Assembly (NCBI GenBank): GCA_029210695.1
Contig: JARGFH010000019.1
Span: forward strand, 1-62,655
Direction of reading: 5' to 3'
DNA: 62,655 nucleotides
Source: Acidimicrobiia bacterium
GTDB lineage: Bacteria; Actinomycetota; Acidimicrobiia; Spongiisociales; JAHEDJ01
Shown: piece by piece, positions 51,285 through 59,550 of the stretch
Numbering within the stretch: the stretch's first letter is position 1
How the letters are laid out: every line of letters begins with the position of its first letter
Translations under genes and position numbers: made by a program
The notes under the pieces: generated by a model
What the model was told of the DNA's origin: nothing
The model's database searches: none
The model's input: the letters and a program-made list of their open reading frames with translations, nothing else

Positions 51285-51425
51285 GTGCCGGCAGCAACCG
51301 ATTGTCCTTGAGGTAGGTGGCCCCTCGCAGCAGGGTGGTGGTCACCTCTCGGTCGGTGGTCAGCAGGATCGTCTCGTAGATCTGCACCTGCCCTGGATCG
51401 GCGACGGTGTCGTAGTGGGGTTCGG
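51285..51425 (-). pseudogene. Internal fragment resembling the C-terminal region of cytochrome-c-type proteins
   Basis: EPHYDTVADPGQVQIYETIL...TTTLLRGATYLKDNRLLP is recognised from memory. No haem motif or real start is present. Confidence 0.45.
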
Positions 51426-51447
51426 GGGCCTGATTCCAGGCTCTCAC

Positions 51448-52461
51448 TCAACTGCTGCGCAACCACCGATGGGCCGCAGAGATCGAAGCTACGCAATGTG
51501 CCGTCGAGAAGACGCGGTAGGGGTCCGGTGCCACCAGACCCGGCGCGATCGGGGCCGCTTCGTGAACCGTCCGGCTGGTGACTCGCAGGCACGGGTCACA
51601 CCACCAGGAACCGTCCGTCAGTTGCTGGGCGAGGAGTCGCGTTACCCCGCGTTCGATCTGGTTTCGATCCACGATTCCGACCGCGGCGGCGAGAGCAAAC
51701 GCGGACTGGGGTGCTGAATGGGACTTCGCAAGCTCCTCCTCCGCTCGATGAGCAGGAGGTGGATCCGGCTCGATCTGGCGGTCCATCCACAGGCTGTATC
51801 CATACCCCGGCCACCAATACGAGGGGCGCTCCCATCGACGAGCGAACCGCTCCAGCCATTCGAGACATTTCCGGTACGGCGCCTCATCGCCCATCCGGCG
51901 GAAGTACCAGGCCGCCATCTGTGTCACGTCGGGGTGAGCGGCATGCCAGCCGGTCGTTTCGGCCGCGGCGTCGGTCACGTAGGTCGGGTAGGAGCCGTCC
52001 GACCGTTGACTGTCTTTCACCCACTCGTTGAGGAACCGTGGAGCCGACAACCCCTCGCTCTCGATCACCAGCAGCGCCTGGAGAGTCGAATCCAAGTCGC
52101 GACCGACTCTTCTGTTGTACCCCCAGCCCCCGTCGAGGGGTCCCACCTTCAGCAGATACTCCGCGGCCCGACTGCGGAGGTCGGCGAGTTCATCGACCCC
52201 CATCGTCACCAGCGCCACGTGCGCCGTGATCCACTCGACCGATGCTCCCGGCGTCAGCTGGAACCCACGGAGGCTGCCGTCGTCTCTCTGACACGACTGG
52301 AGGAATTCTGCTCCGAGCCGAACGGCCTCGGGCGCCACATCCGCCGACGGCACCGGCCAGGCAAGCGAATGACGTGGTGCCCGACTCCGCCAGGCCTGTA
52401 TCCGATCTGTCGAGGAGGCGAGGGCAAACCGGGCCATCCGCCACACCTCCGATGGAGTCAT
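51448..52461 (-). CDS. Single-domain class II terpene cyclase / prenyltransferase-squalene-cyclase repeat protein
   Basis: QW-type repeats QRDDGS, DGGWGY, QRSDGSY and QLTDGSW; acid motif DLDST. ATGA overlap with the upstream gene. Confidence 0.8.
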   Translation of the reverse strand: MTPSEVWRMARFALASSTDRIQAWRSRAPRHSLAWPVPSADVAPEAVRLGAEFLQSCQRDDGSLRGFQLTPGASVEWITAHVALVTMGVDELADLRSRAAEYLLKVGPLDGGWGYNRRVGRDLDSTLQALLVIESEGLSAPRFLNEWVKDSQRSDGSYPTYVTDAAAETTGWHAAHPDVTQMAAWYFRRMGDEAPYRKCLEWLERFARRWERPSYWWPGYGYSLWMDRQIEPDPPPAHRAEEELAKSHSAPQSAFALAAAVGIVDRNQIERGVTRLLAQQLTDGSWWCDPCLRVTSRTVHEAAPIAPGLVAPDPYRVFSTAHCVASISAAHRWLRSS

Positions 52462-53366
52462 CGCAGCAGCGCCTCGACGAAGCCCAAGGTGCGGGAGCGG
52501 GCAACGTGGTCGAGAGCCATCGCCTTGTGGATCGTGGCTTGCAGCTGCCGGCGCAGGTCGCTCCTGACCGGCCGGTGCGCCCGGCTGCTTGCCACCAGCT
52601 TCACCGCCTGGACCAGGTAGCACATCACATTCCAGCCCTGGGGGTTACCGAGGTATCTATTGGGCCGGAAACCGAGAAGGTCTTCGTCGAGATCCATCCA
52701 ATCGTCCCAGGCTGCCAGGAAACGACCGAGCGCCCGATGCATGTCGATGTGTGCTGGGTCGTTCGTGCCCATCAAACCGAGAAAGGCACTGGGCAGAGCC
52801 TTGGCCGGCATTGGGTCATCCGACTCTCCTACCTCGGAGCGATACATGGTCGACAGTAGATCGAGTGCCAGTGACATATGTCCCCGGTCGTTGCCCCATC
52901 GCCCGACGAACCCCGCCAGAGCCACGTGGAAGAGCTCGGTCACCGGTTCATGCTCGGACCCAACCGGCTCGAATCGCTGTCGCTCGGGATCATTCAACAC
53001 CCTCGCCAGATGAGGGGGCGCCAGCGATCCAACCAGGGCCGCCGATCGTTCGGGACCCCGGTCCAGCACCGAGTCGAAGACGGCGACCGCCAGATTGAAG
53101 GCCCCGGCGGCCGCATAGACCACGTCTTCGGTATCCGGTTCCGCAGTGATCCAGCAGGCCGCCGCACCCCACCCGGCAATCTGGCTGAGGCGCTTGGTGT
53201 CGCCCCGCTCCGGGACCGCCGCGGCAACTCGAGCAAGCAGCAGCTCGTCAAAGAGACGCTCGAAGGCGGGTGGTGGGGAGCACTCGGTGTCGACCGGCAC
53301 CACCCCGCGCAGCAATTCGAGTGTCTCCGAGCGTCCCGACCCGGAGACACCCAGTCTCCGACGCAA
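52458..53366 (-). CDS. Class I isoprenoid-synthase-fold protein (prenyltransferase or terpene synthase)
   Basis: First Asp-rich motif AVFDSVLD and second LGRFLAAWDDWMDLDED at isoprenyl-synthase-like spacing; all-helical. Start codon uncertain (TTG). Confidence 0.65.
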   Translation of the reverse strand: MRRRLGVSGSGRSETLELLRGVVPVDTECSPPPAFERLFDELLLARVAAAVPERGDTKRLSQIAGWGAAACWITAEPDTEDVVYAAAGAFNLAVAVFDSVLDRGPERSAALVGSLAPPHLARVLNDPERQRFEPVGSEHEPVTELFHVALAGFVGRWGNDRGHMSLALDLLSTMYRSEVGESDDPMPAKALPSAFLGLMGTNDPAHIDMHRALGRFLAAWDDWMDLDEDLLGFRPNRYLGNPQGWNVMCYLVQAVKLVASSRAHRPVRSDLRRQLQATIHKAMALDHVARSRTLGFVEALLR

Positions 53367-53377
53367 CCATCGACCGG

Positions 53378-53827
53378 CTACCAGATGCCGCTATCCGAGA
53401 ATGCGCTCGAGGCCGAGACGTTGCCGTTCAGCGTCTGGCGCTCGATCCGGACCGACACCGTCGACTCCACGCTATCGATGTCGAGGATGGCCCCACCACC
53501 AACGTCGGTCACCGAGTCGGCCGGAAGGCTGACGGTCACACCCACCGCCCACTCCTTCAGTTCACAACTCGATGCATTGGTGCAGGTCTTCTCTCTCGTT
53601 CCGGTTCCGGGGCCGGTTCCGCTGTACACGTTGCGGATGAAGATCGAATCAGCATTGCGTCGCACCCAGTCCGTCTTCTTGTTTCCCCAGACGTTGGTGG
53701 TCTCCTCCCGGTGGTAGACCTTCACTTCGCAGCCGATGCTTGAATAGAACAAGAGGTTGGTCTTGAACGCTTCAATCTCGGCTTTCCATTGGCCATCGCC
53801 GCTCAGGACCGATATCTCACTTGGCAC
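53378..53827 (-). CDS. Beta-rich hypothetical protein ending in Trp (149 aa)
   Basis: GTG 53827 with a GAAGGGGG SD overlaps the upstream stop. Has a CTNASSC Cys pair and ends ...FSDSGIW*. Confidence 0.75.
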   Translation of the reverse strand: MPSEISVLSGDGQWKAEIEAFKTNLLFYSSIGCEVKVYHREETTNVWGNKKTDWVRRNADSIFIRNVYSGTGPGTGTREKTCTNASSCELKEWAVGVTVSLPADSVTDVGGGAILDIDSVESTVSVRIERQTLNGNVSASSAFSDSGIW

Positions 53828-56348
53828 TGCGTTCCCCCTTCTCTTTGCTGTCATTATCCTTCGATTCCGAGTGGTGCCCGCCCGGGCCACAGTCGATGTC
53901 TTCACGGCCGGGGAGTTCGGGCACCCGCACCTCGTCGACGATGTCGATGCCCACCTCGAAGCGGGGGCTCAACTTGATGGCTACTGCGGCCAGGTCGAGC
54001 TCGAACACGGCTCCGTCGTCCTTTACCGCCTCCCGGTTCTGCTCCACCTTCGGCCCGAAGTCGAGCCGGGGGATCTCGACGTCGAGGTTGGGCAGCTCAA
54101 ACTCCACGCCGGGCTCCTCGCAGCCACATCGGTTGGTGTCGGGCACGTCGGCACGCCAGGTCCGTCCGCCCTGAAGACGCCAGTCCACTCTGTCTCCACC
54201 GTCCACCCAACGATCGAAGGTCCGAGAGTCGAACTCTCTCACCTCGACGCGTTCCGAACGACGAAAGGCAGTCGCCTCGACCGAGTGAAGCTTCCAACCC
54301 GCCGCGATCGACTCGCCGAGCGTTTCGAAGAAGGTGTCCTCGGCGTCGACGATGCCGGCGCCCACGTTGCCGGCGAAGTCCCTGAGCAGCTCGTCGCGGT
54401 CACCGGACGACTCGTCGTCATGTTCGTAGACGGCCACCGCCACCGAGATGAACCCGTAACGCTGCGGCACTCGCACCGTGAAGGTGCGATTGATCGACCG
54501 GTCTTCACCAGAGTCGACATCGCTGAAGGGGCCGGTCCGCCACGAGATCATCGGCTGGGTTCCACCGTGGGGGATAACCAACCCCAACACGAACGGCTCG
54601 TCGGAGTTGGAGAATCGATCCCAATCCGACTCCTCGATGCAATGAAGCTGCCTGAAGTGAACCCGGTACTCACGCCACGGCACACCATTGCCGAAGGTGC
54701 CGGTGGTGGAGGTGGCGTCCACATGTCCGTAGATGCGGTAGTCGCCTTCTGAACCGCCGTCACATCGCAACGAGAAGTTGTGTCTCCCGCCCGGACCAAG
54801 TGCATTGAGGGTGGCGGCGCTGATCATCTGGTGGTCCTTGTCGACGAAGTCGGCGTCGTAGCCCCATATGCCCTTGAAGAAGTCGACGACCGACTCCAAC
54901 ACTCCGACCACGGTGTCCCACAGCCCTTCGAGGGCGGCGAGGATGACGTCGCCGACGTTCGGGGCATCGTTGAGCAGGGTCACCGTGTTGGGAATACCGT
55001 CTATGGGTCCGATCACATAGGCGGCAGTGTCTCCACGCTCGAAGTCGTTGTGCCCGAGCAGGGTCTGAAACAGTGACCGGCTCGACGCCCCGCCGCTGGG
55101 CGGCACCCCGTGGTCGAGGATCGGGTACCGAACCCCGTTGACGAACGGCACGATGTCGGCGTCGGTGCCCGCATTCCCGGTATTGGCGGTTCGGATCTGG
55201 AGCCGCAGATACCAGTCCTCGGTGTCGTCGTGACCCTGAACCGGCGGATAGCTGCCGGCGGTGACGAACCGGTAGGGGATCTGAGCGAAGTCCTCCCACG
55301 GGTCGGTCGGGGTTTTGTAGTTGGCTCGCGACACGCCCTCGGTCTTCACCTGCTGCCAGAAGTCTTGGAGGCCTGCCTCGTCCATGACGTGGTCGAGGGT
55401 GTGAAGCCACTGACACGAGGTTCGATACGCCAGCTCATAGGCGATATCAAAGGCCTCCCGGCCGGTGATTTCCAGGCCCCTCACGTCCACACCAAGTTCC
55501 GCCTGCCAGTGGCTGTCGACGTTGATGCCCGGCTCGACCCACAGGATGTCGTCGGGCAGATCGATACCACCCACGTCGGGTGGGGTGAGCGGCACCGCCT
55601 CCTGGCACTGTTTGAACCACCGGCACAGCGAGCCCTGCGAGACGGGTGAGGCGGCGTGACAGATCACCGACATGAGACGACGGCCGACCGGGCCGATGCG
55701 GTTGAGGATCGTGCAGGCGAAAAGAAACGCCCCATGGGGTTTGATTCCCAGGTGGTGCGGCAGTTCGTACGAGCCGGTCCAGAGGCTCAACTTCGCCCGG
55801 TCGGCGGGATCGACTTCGAACCAGGTGCAGTTCCTCAGTCTTTTGTCGTCGATCCAGTTGGAGTGGGAGTAGAAGTCCTGCATGGCATGCAGTGAGACGC
55901 CGACGGCGTTGTGGGCCATCCGAATACGCTGCTCCCTCGGGGCGCTGGAGGCGTGGCCGAGCCAGATCAGCGCGGCCGCGGTGCCCGACAGGTAGCGACG
56001 CCACATGGCCCGGACCGACTCGGGGTGGAACAGGTCGTCGAAATGGACCTTGATGAGTTCGCTTTGCGACGACATCACCACCGGGAGACGTCCCGGCCCT
56101 CCGCCGTTGGCGAGGTCAAACCACCAGAGTGGGTTGTAGAGATAGGAGTCGACGTAGTCGGCGTGGAAAGCGAGGGCGTTCTCCGCCTCTTCGGACCAGC
56201 CGGAGCCCCGGGCCGCCATTCTAGTCAAACCTTCGTGATGCCAGTTGTCGGGGCCGGGGGCGGCGCCGAGCGGATCCTCCCCGCCGAACTGTGGGAGCGC
56301 GGCGGCGTAGACGGCACCAACGCCGAGCAGATGTGTGAACCAACCCAT
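53817..56348 (-). CDS. HET-C/VWA7-like Zn-phospholipase-C-superfamily protein with PLAT and C2-like domains
   Basis: AGGAGG SD and short hydrophobic leader; WHHE, HFDD and LHAMQDFYSHSNW Zn-ligand motifs; PLAT pattern YLRLQIRTANTGNAGTDA...NDFERGD; C-terminal SDEPFV...DVDSG...YEHD beta domain. Confidence 0.8.
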   Translation of the reverse strand: MGWFTHLLGVGAVYAAALPQFGGEDPLGAAPGPDNWHHEGLTRMAARGSGWSEEAENALAFHADYVDSYLYNPLWWFDLANGGGPGRLPVVMSSQSELIKVHFDDLFHPESVRAMWRRYLSGTAAALIWLGHASSAPREQRIRMAHNAVGVSLHAMQDFYSHSNWIDDKRLRNCTWFEVDPADRAKLSLWTGSYELPHHLGIKPHGAFLFACTILNRIGPVGRRLMSVICHAASPVSQGSLCRWFKQCQEAVPLTPPDVGGIDLPDDILWVEPGINVDSHWQAELGVDVRGLEITGREAFDIAYELAYRTSCQWLHTLDHVMDEAGLQDFWQQVKTEGVSRANYKTPTDPWEDFAQIPYRFVTAGSYPPVQGHDDTEDWYLRLQIRTANTGNAGTDADIVPFVNGVRYPILDHGVPPSGGASSRSLFQTLLGHNDFERGDTAAYVIGPIDGIPNTVTLLNDAPNVGDVILAALEGLWDTVVGVLESVVDFFKGIWGYDADFVDKDHQMISAATLNALGPGGRHNFSLRCDGGSEGDYRIYGHVDATSTTGTFGNGVPWREYRVHFRQLHCIEESDWDRFSNSDEPFVLGLVIPHGGTQPMISWRTGPFSDVDSGEDRSINRTFTVRVPQRYGFISVAVAVYEHDDESSGDRDELLRDFAGNVGAGIVDAEDTFFETLGESIAAGWKLHSVEATAFRRSERVEVREFDSRTFDRWVDGGDRVDWRLQGGRTWRADVPDTNRCGCEEPGVEFELPNLDVEIPRLDFGPKVEQNREAVKDDGAVFELDLAAVAIKLSPRFEVGIDIVDEVRVPELPGREDIDCGPGGHHSESKDNDSKEKGERSAK

Positions 56349-56561
56349 TGAGTCCCTCCTCGGTTGATCCCAGCCCGCAGCCGAACCTACACCAACAAAG
56401 AGGTGCCTGTGATGGGAGATCCGGAAGCTAGGGAAGTGCGTGACGTCCATCCGGCGGAAGGAAAGCGCGTCACCACGCTGCTTTCGTTAGGCGATACCGG
56501 CCCACACCAGCGTCTCGGAATGTCACCCGAGGAGCGGCATGTTGCCGGCTACGGTCAGTTT

Positions 56562-57185
56562 TCAGTTGACTCGCTGGAATAGATATCCGAACGGCGACCT
56601 GGTGTATGCAATGCCTCGCCTTCGTTCTTGGAGCATCGCCGGAGTGATCTCTACTTCAGACTTCGGAACCAGGTAGGAGTCGAGTTCGGTTGTTTTGATC
56701 CGGTAGTTCCCGGATCGTGACTCGATAACGCTGACAAGGCGGTACCTGGGGTCGATGGAGGCCATGGCCACGTCACCGTGGCTCGGAGCAGCCAGGAGGA
56801 TGCCGCCAACCCGGAGGTAGTAGGTGCAGTATTTCGCCACGAACCCTGCATATAGCGAGACCAGCAGGTCGAATGATTCAGGGGCGAGACCAAGATCTGC
56901 CTGATAGTCCCCGTGAATGAATCGGACCTCGGCTGTTGGCGAACCGCCCTCGCTGGCGATGATCTCAGTGATGCCTTCTTCATCGGCAAAGAAACTCGGA
57001 GTTCTCTTGTCCGTATCGATGTAGGTGACCGACGGGAAGACAAAGGAGGGAGCGATGTCTACGAACGAACCTGGGTATATCACGGTGTTTCCGTCTACGA
57101 CCTCCCTGACAACGGTATGGAGACGCTTCCGATCGCCTTCATGACGATCGCGCTCTTCCCAGAGTTGTCGGGTGGTCGCTCGCAC
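56562..57185 (-). CDS. SAM-methyltransferase-like hypothetical protein
   Basis: VIYPGSFVD, TYIDTD, FDLLVSLYAG and LRVGG. TAGGAT -10 six nt before GTG. Confidence 0.75.
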   Translation of the reverse strand: MRATTRQLWEERDRHEGDRKRLHTVVREVVDGNTVIYPGSFVDIAPSFVFPSVTYIDTDKRTPSFFADEEGITEIIASEGGSPTAEVRFIHGDYQADLGLAPESFDLLVSLYAGFVAKYCTYYLRVGGILLAAPSHGDVAMASIDPRYRLVSVIESRSGNYRIKTTELDSYLVPKSEVEITPAMLQERRRGIAYTRSPFGYLFQRVN

Positions 57186-57229
57186 ACAACGATCCTACGA
57201 CTGAGCGGGTACGAAGCCCCTTGCATACG

Positions 57230-57407
57230 GGGCTGTGCGGTGACCAGAGAGAGCGAACATGGGTTGCGTGGGGGCGTCCGGCATCGATGCAAATCCCGTA
57301 GCATCCACTCTGATGGACAACGATTACACGCCGTCCTTCGCCCGGGCCTACGACGGCCAGTACGCCAAGGACCGTGATCCCTCCGGGGACCGAACCTTCT
57401 ATCTGGA
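57230..57407 (+). repeat. 178 bp direct repeat, copy 1 (upstream region and 5' end of the methyltransferase)
   Basis: Matches 61747-61924 with 6 substitutions, all upstream of the ATG. Confidence 0.92.
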
Positions 57408-58068
57408 ACTGGCCCGGCGTACGGGCGGTCCCATCCTGGAGGTGGGTTGCGGCACCGGCCGGGTGCTCTTGCCCATCGCCCAAGAGGGTTTCGAGTGCGT
57501 CGGCCTGGATGCCTCCGAGAGCATGCTGGAGGTCGCCCGTGGCAAGGGCCTGCCCGCCGATCTACGTTTCGTCCTCGGCGACGCCCGCTCCTTTGATCTC
57601 GCCCCCCAGCGCTTCGCTCTCATCTTCAGCGCTTTCCGCGCCTTTCAGCATCTGTACACCGTGGACGATCAGCTCGCCTTTTTGGACCGTGCTCGCCACC
57701 ATCTTGCTCCCGGGGGCCTGCTGGCCTTCGACGTTTTCGATCCCAATCTGGATTACATCGCCAAAGGTGGCCTGGCCGAGTATCTGGACATCGAGTGGAC
57801 GGAGGGGGACCTGTCCATGAGGCGTTACACCAGAGTCACCCACAACCATCGCACTCAGGTCCTGCATGCCGTCTTCCGGGTCGAAGGCTGGCGCGAGAAC
57901 AAGAAGGTCTCTGAAGATACCAACGACATCCGTTTGCGCTGGTTCTACCGATTTGAGCTGGAGCACCTGTTGGCCCGTGCCGGTTATGAGGTGGTGGAAC
58001 GCTACGGCGACTTCGACGGGACCCCCATCGGAGAGGGCAACGAGCTCATATTCGTGGCCCGCCCCTGA
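57313..58068 (+). CDS. Class I SAM-dependent methyltransferase
   Basis: ILEVGCGTGR, GLDASESML, HLAPGG and YGDFD. Confidence 0.92.
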   Translation: MDNDYTPSFARAYDGQYAKDRDPSGDRTFYLELARRTGGPILEVGCGTGRVLLPIAQEGFECVGLDASESMLEVARGKGLPADLRFVLGDARSFDLAPQRFALIFSAFRAFQHLYTVDDQLAFLDRARHHLAPGGLLAFDVFDPNLDYIAKGGLAEYLDIEWTEGDLSMRRYTRVTHNHRTQVLHAVFRVEGWRENKKVSEDTNDIRLRWFYRFELEHLLARAGYEVVERYGDFDGTPIGEGNELIFVARP

Positions 58069-58271
58069 CGCGGATAAGGCCCGAAAGGCCCGTGCTTCGA
58101 TGCTGAGGAACCGGCCTCGACATGATGCCCGTCCGTGATGAGGCCCGCGGGCTCAGGGACGATTGGCCAGAAAAGCGTCGGGTGCTTCCGGCGGATTCCT
58201 TGAAGTGGATCACTCAGCGCCGGGCCGAAATCGTCACATTCGTGGGCGCGGCGGCAATGACTGGTCCGGTG

Positions 58272-59456
58272 TCAGGGTGCCGTTTCGATTTTGAAGGCGG
58301 GCACGGGTTGGCTGAACCCTTTCAGCTCGAGTGGCCCAATCTCCAACGTCTCCTCGACGTCGGTGGCGCCGGCTCGAGTTCGCTGGCTCAGGAGTATCGT
58401 TCCGGCCGCGGCCTCGCCGCAGAGTCGCGCCGCCAGGTTGACGACGCTGCCGATTGCCCCGTAGTGGAAACGGTCCTCGAACCCGATGCGGCCTAGGGTC
58501 GCGAACCCGGTAGCGATCCCGACACCAAGTCCAAGATCGTGGCCGCTCCGCTGCCACTCCTCCGAAAGAGGCAGGAAGGCGCTTTGCATTCTGCGGGCCA
58601 TGGCAATGGCACGGTCGATGTGATCTTCCATTGGCTCCGGGTCGTTGAAGTACACCATGAGTCCGTCTCCGGCGAAGTCGCTCAGAGTGCCGCCGGCCTC
58701 GACTATCAGGCGTCCCATGTGTTCGTGGTAGTCGGCCAGAACGCCGATCACTTCCTCCGGTTCCGCCGTCGACGAAAACGCGGTGAAACCTCTGAGATCA
58801 CAGAACACGACGGTGATGTCGCGCCGGTGGCCGGCCAGGAGTTCTTCGTTGTCCGACGACGTGAGAAGATCGGCAACCTGGCTCGGGAGATAGCGAGCTA
58901 GTTCTCTTCGCTGGCGTTCGACGGTCGCCACCAGGCGGCTTGTCTCAAATGCAAGCGAGGCTTGATCTGCAAACACGGAGACGAGTTCGATCTCCGCATC
59001 ATCGAAAGGTTGCAGTTCGCTCCTCCAGACCGAAACGACTCCGACGACGTCGTTGTCGAGCAACATCGGGACCGACAACAGCGACCTGAACCCGCCCAGT
59101 CTCTGCGCCTCCCAGTATTCGTACTCGACATCCTCGAAAATGTCCGGAATGTGAACAGCTCGACGCTCGATAACGGTGCGACCGGTGATGGTGCCCCGAG
59201 TGGGGTGTATGGGATTGGCGATGTTGAAGTCCACGACTTCCGGGGGTGCACCCCGGTCGACCCTATGTCGGTAGACGTCACCGTCGCGGAGGTAGACGAA
59301 ACCTTTATCGGCCCGGCACAACCGAACTGCATGGTCGAGGATCGTCTGCAGGGTGGCATCGAGGTCGGCAGGAGCTCGAATGATCACTCGGAGCACATCT
59401 GCCACAGCGCTGCGCTCGCCTGTCGTTCCGGCCCCGGTTGGATCCGTCTCGGTCAT
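58272..59456 (-). CDS. GAF - class III nucleotide cyclase
   Basis: GAF RSLLSVPML...FADQA; cyclase FCDLRGFT, FAGDG and GSVVNLAARL. Confidence 0.92.
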   Translation of the reverse strand: MTETDPTGAGTTGERSAVADVLRVIIRAPADLDATLQTILDHAVRLCRADKGFVYLRDGDVYRHRVDRGAPPEVVDFNIANPIHPTRGTITGRTVIERRAVHIPDIFEDVEYEYWEAQRLGGFRSLLSVPMLLDNDVVGVVSVWRSELQPFDDAEIELVSVFADQASLAFETSRLVATVERQRRELARYLPSQVADLLTSSDNEELLAGHRRDITVVFCDLRGFTAFSSTAEPEEVIGVLADYHEHMGRLIVEAGGTLSDFAGDGLMVYFNDPEPMEDHIDRAIAMARRMQSAFLPLSEEWQRSGHDLGLGVGIATGFATLGRIGFEDRFHYGAIGSVVNLAARLCGEAAAGTILLSQRTRAGATDVEETLEIGPLELKGFSQPVPAFKIETAP

Positions 59457-59550
59457 AGTTCATGCACATTACCGGCGGACCCGCTACGTCGATGTATGCC
59501 CGGAGCTCCTCGTCCCGGCTTCCCAGGTCGGAGTCCGGGTCGATCCGGCT

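Noticed and set aside
43147..51605. Diversity-generating retroelement TR/VR pair
   Set aside because: Mismatches are not confined to adenines on either strand of either copy, and no reverse transcriptase is in the window.
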